Shown: positions 1 through 13,384 of the stretch, piece after piece | Position numbering within the stretch: the stretch's first letter is position 1 | How the letters are laid out: each line of letters begins with the position of its first letter | Assembly: GCA_044892525.1 (NCBI GenBank) | Contig: CM097885.1 | Location: forward strand, 39,062,001 to 39,126,000 | Source of the DNA: Schmidtea polychroa | Taxonomy: Eukaryota | Direction: 5' to 3' | Length of the DNA: 64,000 bases | The notes under the pieces: generated by a model | The model's database searches: none | Told to the model about the DNA's origin: nothing | The model's input: only the letters and a program-made list of their open reading frames with translations | Translations under genes and position numbers: made by a program

Positions 1-834
1 TCATTCACAAGGCTTTGATAGAAACTATTTTAAATTAGAATTCCGATACTAAAAATACCTGTCTTACACCTATGGGTTATGCAGCAACAGATGATGAAAG
101 AAAAAAGTGGGTTAAAGGTTCAAAAGTATTCACTATGTGCTCATCATTACAACTTGATTTTATCTGCATTATCTCTTACTAGTGCAACTGGTGCACCAAT
201 ATGTCAATTAGTTGATGCAAAATTATTGGTGAGAAGAGTTCGAGTAGACCCGTCAGTATTAGCTGGTCATCAATTGGGTCTTAATTCAAAACATGCAATT
301 TATCCTTTAAAAACAAAGGAAATTGTACAATTTGCTATTGCTAAAGGTGCTTCATCATTCTATAAAGAACAAATATTTGGTGACAGAAGAATGCCTAATT
401 TTATTCTGGTAACATTTCAAAATGGAAACGCAATATAATGGATCATATACTGCTTCCAGCTCAATTTTCAAAAATTTTGGTGTTACTTCATTGACTTTGT
501 CGAAAAATACTGATTATAGAGAAACATATACTCAAGATTTCGAAAGCGATAATTACTGTGCGACATATATGCAGAGTATTGTTAGAAATCTTGGTTATTT
601 AGATAAAAACTTGAATTGTGGAATAACTCTAGAAGAATTTAAAAGAAATATCCATTTTTCACATTTGTTTTAGCTCCCGATTTTGATTTAAATCAGAGTC
701 AATTACCACAAAACGGGAATTTACGACTGGATATAAAGTTTGCAAAAGCTATTACTGAACCAGTACATGTTATAATATATGGAGTATTTGAAAATGAAGT
801 TCAAATTACTGCAAATAGAACCGTGCTAGTATAA
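1..834 (+). pseudogene. Polinton major capsid protein (double jelly-roll), C-terminal part, frameshifted
   Basis: LLVRRVRVDPSVLAGHQLGLNSKHAIYP, YNGSY..SSIFKNF and GNLRLDIKFAKAITEPVHVIIYGVFENEVQITANRTVLV* (TAA 832-834) split over several frames. Confidence 0.85.
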
Positions 835-1246
835 ATGTATACAGAAATATAAAAAGTTGTAATGGAGTAAGTTTTTTTGATACTGTTTAATTTATTAAAG
901 TAGTTCTGTTCAGGTCAATAGAATTGGAAAACAGATATTGGGAAATGAATTTGTAGGAGTTTTTCCTCTCGATAAAATCCCATATTTGAGCAATAATCAA
1001 GCCATAATCGTCAATACTCAATCGTCTCATCTTGGTGGAGAACATTGGATTGCTATATATATGAAACCTAGTAATATATTCGTGTTCGATCCAATGGGTT
1101 TCTATTACCCTGCTTTGTTGGTATCAAAACTACAAACAATGGGGAAACCTATTGTATATAATAAAACTATGTTTCAAAATCCATTGACACAAACATGCGG
1201 TCAACATTGTTTAGCTTGGTTGTTGTATAAAAAATTTGATGTTTAA
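835..1246 (+). CDS. Polinton adenain-like cysteine (maturation) protease; 5' end disrupted or spliced
   Basis: FVGVFPLD..IIVNT....GEHWIA..FDPMG..FQNPLTQTCGQHC (His/Asp/Gln/Cys); ATG at 835 directly after the capsid stop; clean frame 914-1246. Confidence 0.88.
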
Positions 1247-1272
1247 TAAATGTATTTTGTATCCTTTGTTGT

Positions 1273-1520
<248 letters not shown>

Positions 1521-1673
1521 TTAATCAAATTTATTTTGAAAAATATTATTATCCAAATAAAGACAACACATTCATTGTGCATGCACAGTACAAAGTCATG
1601 ACTAACAAAGATAGTCAGTCCCATGAAGTAGATACCATTTGATTGGCTGATAGAGGAAAAATATTCAGTTTAT

Positions 1674-2060
1674 ATGGGAATGTGTCTAAATTCTGATTGG
1701 TTGAGACATGCTCCAGCTCATGCTCCAGCTCATGCTCCAGCTCATGCTCCAGCTCATGCTCCAGCTCATGCTCCAGCTCATGCTCCGGTTAATGCCCTCA
1801 CATATACTGAGGAAGTCCTCTCTGATGAGGAATCTGATTCTGACCAGGAATCACAATGTAAGATTCTATTTATTTTTATATTTTGTTTTTTAAAGATTTT
1901 TTAATAACATTTTGTTTTTTAAAGATTTATTAATAACATTTGTAATTAATTAAAAATTTATTAATAACGTTTTAACATTTGTAAAATATGATCAAAATGA
2001 AGAAAATGATGAAAATGAAGAAAATGAAGAAAATGAAGAAAATGATGAAATTATGAAAAT
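1674..2060 (+). other. Possible Polinton accessory ORF: (PAHA)n from a 12-bp repeat, followed by acidic tracts
   Basis: About 7 copies of CATGCTCCAGCT at 1707-1787; EEVLSDEESDSDQESQ, then a GTAAG donor-like site near 1858, then an ENEE-repeat segment 1990-2050. Confidence 0.35.
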
Positions 2061-2176
2061 GATATATAATGAAATTATTATGAAATTATTAGGTTATACA
2101 AATGTTAAAAGGTTTTTAAGAAATTATAGTTATAAAATAGTCCTTGTAGTTAGCAATGAGCATCTACATTAGTTAA

Positions 2177-2237
<61 letters not shown>

Positions 2238-2424
2238 TAAAATGATGATTGCTTGGTAGCAGCATTTATTATTTAAAACAATAAAATGATAATTTAAGCC
2301 TTTTGCTGCAAATAATGTATTTAATGTAAGAACTTTCGACTATACGATAGTCCTTGTTTGACAAGGCTTAAATTATCATTTTATTGTTTTAAATAATAAT
2401 AATAATAATAATAATAATATATCT

Positions 2425-2565
2425 TGTAGTCTGCAGTCAGCATGCAGCTACATATCTCTTTTAATATGATTGCCCCAATAAATGTAGTCTGCAGTCAGCA
2501 TGCAGCTACATCTCTTTATTATGATTTCCCCAATAAATGTAGTCTGCATCGAGCATGCAGCTACA
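2425..2565. repeat. Three ~56-bp tandem units, each with a hairpin core
   Basis: TGTAGTCTGCA-N7-TGCAGCTACA at about 2425, 2483 and 2538. Confidence 0.85.
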
Positions 2566-2823
2566 TCAAACTATTTATTTATTAGGTAATAATTACCCTC
2601 TTTAAATTATTTTACAATTATTAATATTTATTTCATTTTTATAATGTTTTTCAATGAAACATATATCAATAATTGTAAAATCCTTATAAGAACTAAATGA
2701 TAATTGCGTAAAAGAAATATAAATGTTATATAAATACAATTTCATGACTAATTTTAATTTATAAAAATAATTAACAGGCAAATTTTATCCACATTACTGC
2801 CAGGCTTCAACTGGTCACTCAAA

Positions 2824-5800
2824 GTGATGAAAAAATATTATGGTCGTAAATTTTATGGCATCAAGTACTATATATGCCCAATATGCGAGACTTCCCATAG
2901 CATTAAATATTTAGAGTTTTACAGTATACATAAATCCCATTTAAATCTGTTCTCTTTAAATAAAAAGGATTTATTTAACAAACTGCAAAATACCGCAAAA
3001 CCTGTAAATAATACAAAACATAAAAAACCTGTAAATAATATTACAAAACCTGTAATTAAAACTAATGTAAATAATACAAAACCTGTAAATAATATTACAA
3101 AACCTGTAATTAAAACTAATACAAAACATATAAAACCTGTAAATAATATTACAAAACCTTTAATTAATAATGTTATTAATGTAAATAATAATATAAATAA
3201 TTTAAAAAGACCTGCTGTTAGTATTGGGTCTGATGCTCCTCTAAAATTAATAAATTAGATCAAATAACTGGCGATGATGTGGTTAATAATATTCAAGTAG
3301 GCGGTTCAGTCGATATTGACGATGAACCTGAAATCGAAATTGATTTTAAGGGGATTCGAAAGAATCTACGATTTAATGTAGAGAAGGATAACATCATTCA
3401 AATAGCCATAACAGATAAAATTGTTAATAAGTTAAATCATGAAATAATCAGAATGGGGTCGATGAAAATACAATTCGCCGTATTGATTCAATTTGAAAAA
3501 GATGGTGAAATTAAAGATAATTTCTTCTCGAATAGGGCAGAGGCTTTTTCAGTTAGTTTTCTAAGTGAGGGGGTTCACAAATTAAATAATAAAAAATTCA
3601 CATATTTGGGTAGTGGATGGCGGGTTGTTAAAATCAAAGAAATAGATTTTATATTAACAAAATTTACACATATGAATAGGCTAGCTGGACATAGTTACAT
3701 CCCCACACCATATGCTTTAAAATCTAAAAATGCAATAGTAAACGTTAAAAACACTGATGATATGTGCTTTATATATAGTATTTTAGCACTTTTAAAACGT
3801 AATATTATACGTAGTCCTAGGAACCGTGTTAGTTCCTATGAAAATTATCTTGACGAGTTAAATTTTGACCCCATTTCCGACTGTCCAATGAAATTATGTG
3901 ATATTCCTAAATTCGAGATGAAAAATAAGGATTTAAATTTAGCAATAAATGTTTTAACTTATAGAACAACCCCTGCTAAGCCTTTTGAAAATATAGTTGA
4001 CGATAATTATATTCCACATCATCCCAAATTGGATATAATTCACCGATCTAAGGTTATAGGTGGTGAACCCTTATACTTACTTTTATTGGAAGATGGTGCT
4101 AATTTTCATTACACCGCAGTTTTTATCATTTTTACTTAGCTTTTATTTTTTTTACTTACAAAAATTAATGAATTGTCACTCTAACAGTGAATGCGGCGTT
4201 AGACTTCAAGTGAACTGGTGCCCCCATTGTCTTAACGGATTTAGACTTAAAAATGTATTTGATATTCACGTTGCCTTATGCATCAAAAACCAGATAGGAA
4301 CAACTCTATACACGCTACCTAATGATAAAAACCTTATATTTAGTAATTTCGCGAAAACCATAACCCAGCCATTCGTGATATATGCAGACTTTGAATCAAT
4401 TTTACCGGGGGATATAATACACCATCAAAAGCATTTGCCAATAACAGCAGGTTTATTATTAATAAATAATTATAATAACATTAGATTTTATTATGAGTTT
4501 GTTGGGGATGATTGTATCTTATCTTTCTTGCGTAAGGTGGAGGAAATTGCTATGACAATTGTCCTGCCATATTAAGAAATTAATGGGAAAAAGCCCATGC
4601 AAACCTTGTCTTTCGAGGAGAGCGGACCTTTCGTGATTCCAGAACCTGTTATCTTTGTAAAAAATTTATTAGAAATAGAGTTAGGGATCATTGCCACTTC
4701 TCAGGTAAGTATTTAGGTGCTGCTTGTAGGAAATGTAATGTGTCTCGGCGAATTCAGAAACAGTTACCTGTGGTTTTTCACAATTTGAGGGGGTATGATC
4801 TTCATCATATTTTGAAGTATGGTTTGAATAATTTTCCTTATTGGGAATTAAATATTATTCCGACCACTACCGAGAAATTCATCTCCCTCATCGTGTATAT
4901 TAACAAATTGTCTGTTCGTTTTATTGACAGCATGCAGTTTGTTAATTCATCTTTAGCAAAAGCGGTTAAGACTCTTTCCGATCTGCCTTTAACTTCTTCT
5001 GTTTTTGATGGCGCAATTGTTCGATCCAAAGGTATCTTTCCTTATGACTTTGCCACATCTCTTGAGTTTCTGGAATCGACTCTTGAACTACCTCCTATCT
5101 GGGATTCAGTGTCTAATGATGAATATGCATTAGCCCAAGTTATTTGGACTCAGCAAAACTGCAACAACATGTTAGATTACATGTTAATCTACCTTAAATT
5201 AGACGTGTTTCTCCTCGCAGATTATTTTCAACAACCCGCATTCCCGGTATGTCCTGGGCCTCTGCGCTTATGACATTAACGGAACCTATAGAACTTTTGC
5301 AGGACATGGAAATGTTTAATTTCTATGAGGGAGGGATACGGGGTGGGTTAACATTTGTTAACAAACATTATGTTGTAAGTTCTGAAGACACAGAACTCTT
5401 GTATATTGATATTAATAACTTGTATGGTTGGGCCTTAAGCCAAAATCTGCCTTATGCTGACTTTGTTTGGGTGTATGATGATCTTGATTCTGTCTTGAAT
5501 GAATGTATGAATGCTGATATCGATAACCTTCCATATGGTTATACTATGGAGGTAGATATCGATATACCTGATTGTTTGCATGACTTTCTGAATGATTTTC
5601 CGATTGCTCCGGAAAAGATGTGCCCGCCAAATTCTAAAGTTGAGAAGCTGATGTTCACGCATTGGCCAAAGAAGAACCATGTTCTTCATTGGCAACTTCT
5701 CAAGTTGTATATAGAATTAGGGGCTATTATTAAAAATGTACATAGAGCAATCAAATTTACGCATGCACCCAATTTTAAATCGTACATAGACAAAAACACT

Positions 5801-6801
5801 AATTTCAGAGCCAATTCTACATGCGAGCTGCACAGAGATTTGTATAAACTATTTAATAATAGTCTGTATGGGAAATCCATAGAAAACTTTAAAAGACGGA
5901 TGAATTTGAGGCTATGCAATTCAGCTGAAAAGATGATTGTATATGCTTCAAAGCCGAATTTCAAGAAATCTATCAAAATTGATGATGACTTGATTGCTGC
6001 ACATCTCAATAAGGATTCTATATGTTTAGACAGGCCTAGCTACATTGGCCAAACGGTGCTAGACCTGTCTAAACTGAGGATGTACCAGTTACAGTATATA
6101 GAATTGGCTAAATATAGAAATGAATTTAAATGTGAAATAAATTTCGTTGCCGGCGATACTGACTCCTTTTTTCTTGAGGTTAGGCACTGTAAGCTTGACA
6201 CTCTTTTGCCGGCAATGATTCGTGACAATCTTTTAGACACTTCCAACTATGACCCTGCACATCCCTTATACTCTAGAAACCTTGATTCTGTGATAGGAAA
6301 ATTTAAAGATGAAAGTAAAGGTCTAGGGTATAAGGAATGGGTTTTCTTAAGACCCAAGTGCTATAGTTTGTTAAGGGCTAAAGATCATTTGAAGCAAAAG
6401 GAGTCAGGTTAATAGGTACAGAAATTAGGCACGATTCATATTTAGAATGCTACAATAACAACGTAGTATTTTCTGTGCCACAAAGTAGGATAGGGACGCG
6501 GAACCATCAATTGTACACATTTAAAAACAATAAAATCGCTTTGTCAAACAACGACGACAAGCGGTTTTGGGTGGGGAAAAATTCCAGTCTCGCATTTGGT
6601 CATTATTTAGCACTAGATGACATAAATGATCAAATATTTGAAGAAGTTGGGCCACTATTCGGAGGATTAAGTCCAGATTTTGTTTCTGGTGATGAGGAAG
6701 TGGGTCCACTTTTCAATGGTTTAAGTTCAGATTTCGATTCTGGTGATGATCCTAATGATTATGATGAAATAGATATAGATGATATTTTATTATCAGAATA
6801 A
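2824..6801 (+). pseudogene. Polinton protein-primed family B DNA polymerase, multiple frameshifts/stops
   Basis: Exo motifs IYADFES, FHNLRGYD, YLKLDV; pol motifs YIDINNLYG, YKLFNNSLYGK, GDTDS, GKFKDE, LRPKCYS; DHCH..GKYLGAACRKCN zinc-nuclease-like insert at about 4645-4740; pieces 2824-3258, 3279-4139, 4060-4575, 4740-5273, 5249-6412, 6475-6801. Confidence 0.95.
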
Positions 6802-7311
6802 ACTGTGATAAATGTTAATATATCTTTTTATTTTGAAAATCATTTCTTCTACATTGTTTTATTATCTAAACTTTTTATTGAAAAATCGTTATAGTTTTCA
6901 CAATTCTTACAATTGTTAAACACTTGTATAAATATATTTATTAATATTGATAAAGTTTTTATAAATCATGTTTAACTATTGAAAGAATTTGGTAGAAATT
7001 TTTATTTGAAATGAATGTTGTAGTGAGCACACCACTACATATATGAGTTGACAATATTTTAAAAAATAAGAACTATAAACACCTGTATTTAAACTTGTAA
7101 TAGAAAAAAAAATTTAGTTTGAATGTATATTTAAAGTATATTATTTAGAAATATGTTAAATGATTTCATTGACTTGAGTATTTTTACTAGTAACTTTGTG
7201 AACAGCACCCTGTGACTTGTTGAGCGTGACCAGTACCCATGTGTGCAGTACCCATAGGGAGACAGAATATTTTTTCGGATAAACTCGGAGTATATAATAA
7301 TAATAATAATG

Positions 7312-7353
<42 letters not shown>

Positions 7354-7419
7354 TCTTTCGCGCGGACGTTAATATCTTTCCCAATAAAAATGATCATAAT
7401 AATATTTATACATCAGTAG

Positions 7420-8236
7420 ATAGATCTTGCACTGGGCTTTAAAATGAGCTATCGATCGATGAAGTGGAATGATGGGAACGATAACTTTTGGGCAAACGAA
7501 AACCATGTCACCACTAGATCACTAATAATATTTTGAAAGATAATAATAATTTCTTGATGAGTCATTGTCTTTGTTGCATAAAAATTAATGAGGCATCGGA
7601 TGAGGCATCGTTCTAAAAATATGAGGCATCGTTCTAAAAATAAGAGGCATCGTTCTAAAAATATGATGAGTCATAGGATGAGTCATCGTTCTAAAAATAT
7701 GAGACATCGTTCTAAAAATATGAGGCATTGTTCTAAAAATGTGATGAGTCATCGTATGATAGGAATCTATAACTCATCTTAAAGGTCTTGCACTGAGCTT
7801 TAAGAAGAGCTATCCATCAATTGAATCGGTTGGCGGGAACATTAATTTTTGGGATGAAAAAAAGTGTGAGCCCTCTGGATCACTTAATAATATTTTGAAA
7901 AATAATAATAATTTAACTTTGAAAAGATGGTGGTCATCAATTTTTAATAACATTAAAACTATTAAAGATATATAAAATACCTATAGCACATCTTAAGGGT
8001 CTTGCACTGAGCTTTAAGATGATGTATCGTTCAATAAAATCTGTTGGCGGGAACATTAATTTTTGGGATGAAAAAAAGTATGAGCCCTCTGGATCAATTA
8101 ATTTTTAAAAAAAAATGACCTTGACCTTGACCTTAACCTTGACCTTTTATTTAAAAAAAAATTTCCCCGGGGGGGGGGGGAGAGGGTATATGTGTCGCGG
8201 CGGGCTCATGTTCTGGCAGGCTCACATCCTACTACT
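7420..8236 (-). repeat. Polinton terminal inverted repeat region with internal tandem repeats
   Basis: 21-bp ATGAGGCATCGTTCTAAAAAT array 7600-7760; three longer units (TCTTGCACTG(A/G)GCTTTAA...GGGAAC); (ACCTTG)n 8117-8146; G-tract; homologous in reverse to 63295-64000. Confidence 0.88.
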
Positions 8237-9790
8237 CATGATAAATAGCATGGGTTTAAATTACTGAGCTAATTAATTACGGGATCCATCATCCATTATT
8301 CATTTTTTTAACGATTTTTCCAAACCTTTTATGGTTACAATCTTTAGTGTTTAAATAATGTCGTGTGTGTTCTATATTTTGGTGCCACTTACACCTTCAA
8401 GGGCTAAACTATGATGAGTCAAAGCCTTCAAAGGCTAAAAAATATTCTTGTTCAAACTCGATTTAAAAAATTGGCACTTCAATGGAGAACATGTTGGCCC
8501 CTACCTTACAAGGTTTTACGAGGATTGAAGCTCACCAAGGTCAAAAGTTTTAAATCAAAAGTCTTAGAATTTTTCTGCACATTTTAATTGTTTGTTTTGT
8601 AAATTTTGAAAACTTGATAATACTTTTGTGCTGTGCTCTAAGGGAATGAATCTATTTGGTGGGTTAAGCCCCAGAGTGATAGGCTCTTAAAAAATAAAAA
8701 TAAGTATAAAATAATTATGTAAATAAAGTAATCAATATTGAATAATGAATGTTCCGTTCAGACAAAGCTAAACGACATATAAAAAGCATAAAGTCACTTA
8801 AAATAAATAATTACACGAAGTTAAACAAAATTAGATAAAAAAAGATTAAATATTAAGTAAAAAATAATAAAAGAATAGCCCAAGTAGTTACACGCGTAGG
8901 ACATTTCAACGTACAAAAACACAAAAGAAATCACCGTAAAGAAACACAAATTATCAAAAAATATCATCTTATCCAAGAGGTAAGAGTGATATGAAAAGGT
9001 AATCATTCAAGCAGTAAGAAAAATAAGAAAAAAAGAAAAATTAAAATAAGAAATAAAAGACAGACAATCATATTGATCGAAACAAAAATTAAGATAATAA
9101 AATAATCAAAAAAATACCTATGATCAATTCTAATTGGTTGAATCAGTTGATAAATTAGTATATAAGGCAACTTCTCAACAGAAGATTCACCACTTTTTAA
9201 TCATTTTCAACTTTCAATTTAGTCACTTTTTCCGTTGAACTTAAAATTAATTTTTATTACTTGTTTCAATAATTAACCACTTTATGTTTTCAACATTCAA
9301 AGACCGAATTTCTGAAAAAATTAAAATGGCTGGGGGGGAGGGGTTAGTCTGAGTTAGACAGCTCATTTCTAGATACTTTCATCTCATGAAGATAATACTA
9401 TCAAGCTTATAACATTTTCCTATAAGTAAATTCGAGAAATGTATCTGTATAACTGCATTAATATACAAAACAAATCACCGAAGAAAAGAATTAGTATAAA
9501 AAATATATTAATAAGATATCACCCATAAAAACAACGTTTCCAATCTATTGATTAAATCTGTCATTGATAACGAATATATGGCACTGATCAGACTGATATT
9601 CTTCGAAGATATTTATATTCCCGATTTCCATCGTTAATTGATTAATCTGCTTTTTTGTTAGAATTTTCCACAAATATTTAACAGTTTTCATTAAGACAAT
9701 CCAGATATTGAACATTTTGCAATACAATTACAAATAGGGTGCTGCAACAATAATTTATATTATTATGAAAATATCTTTCAGTTGTTTTCC
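8237..9790 (-). repeat. Dispersed repeat family A, copy 1 (inverted relative to 16935-18266)
   Basis: Near-identical reverse complement of 16935-18266 except a ~235-bp extra block at 8373-8608. Confidence 0.9.
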
Positions 9791-10310
9791 AATCAGATCA
9801 CAATTCTCATCTAAAATTTGCAAATCGGTCACCCTGATATGTGAATTTTCCGAAAGGCAGAGTTGCTCGTTTCAATGAAAATATCTGTCAATCAAATTAC
9901 ATGAATATTTTTCACATCACAATGTTTATAATATTAATTTTGATAATTAAAATTTTACATTTTTATATTATTATGAAAGTATCTTCCTGTAGTTGTCCAA
10001 TCAGATCACAATTCTCAGCTAAAATTTGCAAATTAGTGTTTATTGTATCGTCTCAGTGAAAATATCTGTCCAATCAAATTACATGAATATTTTTAATTGA
10101 CAGTTCAAAGTTGTCAAAAGAACCAGGTTGATTTAAAGTAATGTTTGTTTTTGATCATTACCATTTTACATTTTTATGTAAGATTTTTTATGTATTTTCA
10201 CTTTAATATTTCCTTTATATTCACGGTTGTCCATTGTTCTTAATTTTAAAAATTTAAATCCTGTTACATATGCAAAAGTACTTTAGACTTGTCTTAGAAA
10301 TTGAATGTAG

Positions 10311-11084
10311 TGTTGGGGTTTGAGCAAAAACAAAATAAATTTCACAGGGTACCAGAAAGCAGAACAAAAATTGGTAAAATCAATATAAGTACAAAATTAA
10401 TGAAAATTTAATGAAAATTAAAAATCAATATTGAACGGGGATATCGGGTATGGTTGAATGCCAAATTGTTAGACGAGGTTAGAAAGCATAATAAAAATGT
10501 AATAGGGTGATCATAGAAAAAGTTAATAAGGAAAAACAAATTAATTAAAATTAATTAATCTGTAATGGAAAGCTCGAGCCAATGGGAAACCCGATGCGCA
10601 CAGTGAGACCCGAGACACCAGATAAGGTAATAATAATTCGAATTATAATTGCAGGGTAAATAAATTAAAATAATTGTGAAACCGTTCAAAATTTACTTAG
10701 GGTGCCCGGGGAAACAATTAATTTCATTTTGCTAGATAATGGGCCTCTTAGACACAGTATAAAAGGAGAGCTTAGAAATGAGCAAGCCGCCATTTGGTCG
10801 AATAGAAAAAGGAAAAAGCTAAACAGAAAATCCAGCAAGGACAAGTCAAAAGAGGAAATTTGTGAAATATAAAGAAGCTAGACTCGTACAAGAAAAGGTA
10901 GTTGCCCCTTGGGTTTCTTACCTTAGCGAACTAAAGTTGAATTGAGAGAAAGGTGCAAATAGTGACAAATTGTAATTGTGATAAAAATCAAATAAAGTTA
11001 TTCTGTGTTGAGTTTTCATTGATTTGGTAAAATAAGGACACGAGGAGTCAGAGAAAGGACCGACTTACAAATAAAAACTCAACA
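10311..11084 (+). mobile_element. Solo LTR (Gypsy-type), 774 bp, 4-bp TSD GTAG
   Basis: TGTTGGGGTTT...AAACTCAACA ends; GTAG on both sides; empty site GAATGTAGTAACTATG seen on the minus strand at about 12513-12528; TATAAAAG near 10758 and AATAAA signals. Confidence 0.9.
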
Positions 11085-11659
11085 GTAGTAACTATGAAAA
11101 AACAATAAATAACAACGAAAATTTATTAATTATAAATTGCGATGTTGATATTTGAATCCCATCGGAAGGTGATAATGATTTGGCTGCGATATCCGTGCTA
11201 GATGAAAAATTTCTTCTGAATTGTTACTGCAAATTTTATTGGTGAGCTTCATCTTTTCTTATATTCTTCTTTTTCTTTATTTCAAAACGTGCGTATTTTT
11301 GTTTCGTATTTCGTGCATTATTGGGAAGATCAATCTTCTCTGTATTATAATTTAATTTCTGTTGATATTTTTCAGTTTATAACTTCTTTCGCGAATCTGT
11401 TCTATTATTTCATACAATCACTGCGGATTTGGCTCACTGTTGCTCTGAAGCCAAAAATATTATTAATTTTTTTTGACATTTGAAATAGGAAATCACTGTA
11501 ATTTTTCTAAAAAATTTTAGATAGTTTCAAATGAGATTTTTTAAAATTATTCGTATACAGATAACCAGTGTCTTTTTCGTATTTACTAAATCGAAGCGCC
11601 ACATTTTTCTTGGGGCTCTGAGGCGATGGCTTTAATTGGCCTAAGAGTAGATCCAGCTC

Positions 11660-12170
11660 TGCATACAGTCCTTGATAATGTTCATCCAGCGTTCTTATAT
11701 TTTCTCGCTTTGCAAATACAAAATCTTCAATATTGAGATTTTTAGAAGTTGTTAATATGTTATTTGATCTCTTCTTTTGTTTATTTAGAGGAAATACGAA
11801 AAGAAATTATATTTTTTATCCATATTGATGCTTTCTAAATCTGAGTTTTCCGTCTCAATCTGTTGTCGGCATATCATACGGCCAAGTACTATTTCTGAAA
11901 ATGAAAATCCTGTTGTCTGTTGTATTAAGGTATTTAACATGAATTCAACATCTAGTTATATTTCTTACCAATCTTATCGTTATATCGTTTTTCTAATAAC
12001 GTAAAGACCATTTTATCTAAATTGTCTATCTACAAATTCATTTGTGCTATGATGATACGGGCTTGAATATATTATTTTATCCAATAATTCCAACAATAAC
12101 TGAATTTCAAATATATTGCCTTGATCCGAACGAAACATTGAATGGTTTAAGTTTTTATAAAAGGGAAAAA
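11660..12170 (-). pseudogene. Retroviral-type integrase fragment (Gypsy/Ginger)
   Basis: RSDQGNIFE...YSSPYHHSTNEFVDRQFR resembles the integrase core SDQG..F / SSPYHP..NG.VER. Confidence 0.65.
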
Positions 12171-12809
12171 CAATAACCAGAAATAGGAGAAGATCGATCT
12201 TTTCAATATAATGCAGAGAAGATTGATCTTCCCAATAATGCACGAAATACGAAACAAAAATACGCACGTTTTGAAATAAAGAAAAAGAAGAATATAAGAA
12301 AAGAATATAAAAAAGAAAATATAAGAAAATAAAGAAAAAGAAGAATATAAGAAAAGATGAAGCTCACCAATAAAATCTGCAGTAACAATTCAGAAGAAAT
12401 TTTTCATCTAGCACGGATATCGCAGCCAAATCATTATCACCTTCCGATGGGATTCAAATATCAACATCACAATTTATAATTAATAAATTTTCGTTGTTAT
12501 TTATTGTTTTTTCATAGTTACTACATTCGATTTCTAAGACAAGTCTAAAGTAACAGGATTTCAATTTTGTAAAATTAAGAACAATGGACAACCGTGAATA
12601 TAAAGGAAATATTAAAGTGAAAATACATAAAAAATCTTAAATAAAAATGTAAAATTTTAATTTTCAAAGTACTTTAAGAACAAAAACAAATAATTTCTTG
12701 TTTCTTTAAATCCTCAACTCATATTACTAACTGTGCAAAACAATACTAACTGAGATTTGTGAATATAAAGGTATTCGTGTATTCATTGTATTCAAGTATT
12801 AAATTGCAC

Positions 12810-13293
12810 AGATATTTTCATAATAATATAAATTATTGTTGCAGCACCCTATTTGTAATTGTATTGCAAAATGTTCAATATCTGGATTGTCTTAATGATA
12901 ACTGTTAAATATTTGTGGAAAATTCTAACAAAAAAGCAGATTAATCAATTAACGATGGAAACCGGAAATATAAATATCTTTGAAGAATATCAGTCTGATC
13001 AGTGCCATATATTCGTTATCAATGACAGATTTAATCAATAGATTGGAAACGTTGTTTTTATGGGTGATATCTTATTAATATATTTCTTATACTAATTCTT
13101 TTCTTCAGTGATTTGTTTTGTATATTAATGCAGTTATACAGATACATTTCTCGAATTTACTTATAGGAAATGTTATAAGCTTGATAGTATTATCTTCATG
13201 AGATGAAAGTATCTAGAAATGAGCTGTCTAACTCAGACTCAACCCCCCCCCCAGCCATTTTAATTTTTTCAGAAATTCGGTCTTTGAGTGCTG
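12810..13293 (+). repeat. Repeat family A, copy 2
   Basis: Same sequence as 16960-17435. Confidence 0.9.
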
Positions 13294-13384
13294 AATTACA
13301 ATATATTAATTAATCAGTGTAAGGAGTTAGTAAATCTCTATATAAAATTTTTATGGTTAAAAGTAGAAGTGAGATCAGTTAGTA

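Larger units (their letters stand above)
10150..12655. repeat. Inverted repeat pair (10150-10310 + 11089-11345 versus 12210-12655)
   Basis: Reverse-complement match; the left arm is split by the solo LTR. Confidence 0.85.

Noticed and set aside
7600..7760. CRISPR-like array
   Set aside because: Head-to-tail repeats without unique spacers, no cas genes, eukaryotic context
7588..7782. R/H/K-rich protamine-like ORF (MRHRSKN)n as a viral core protein
   Set aside because: It is the translation of the 21-bp TIR array; the sister TIR has 20-bp units that break the frame
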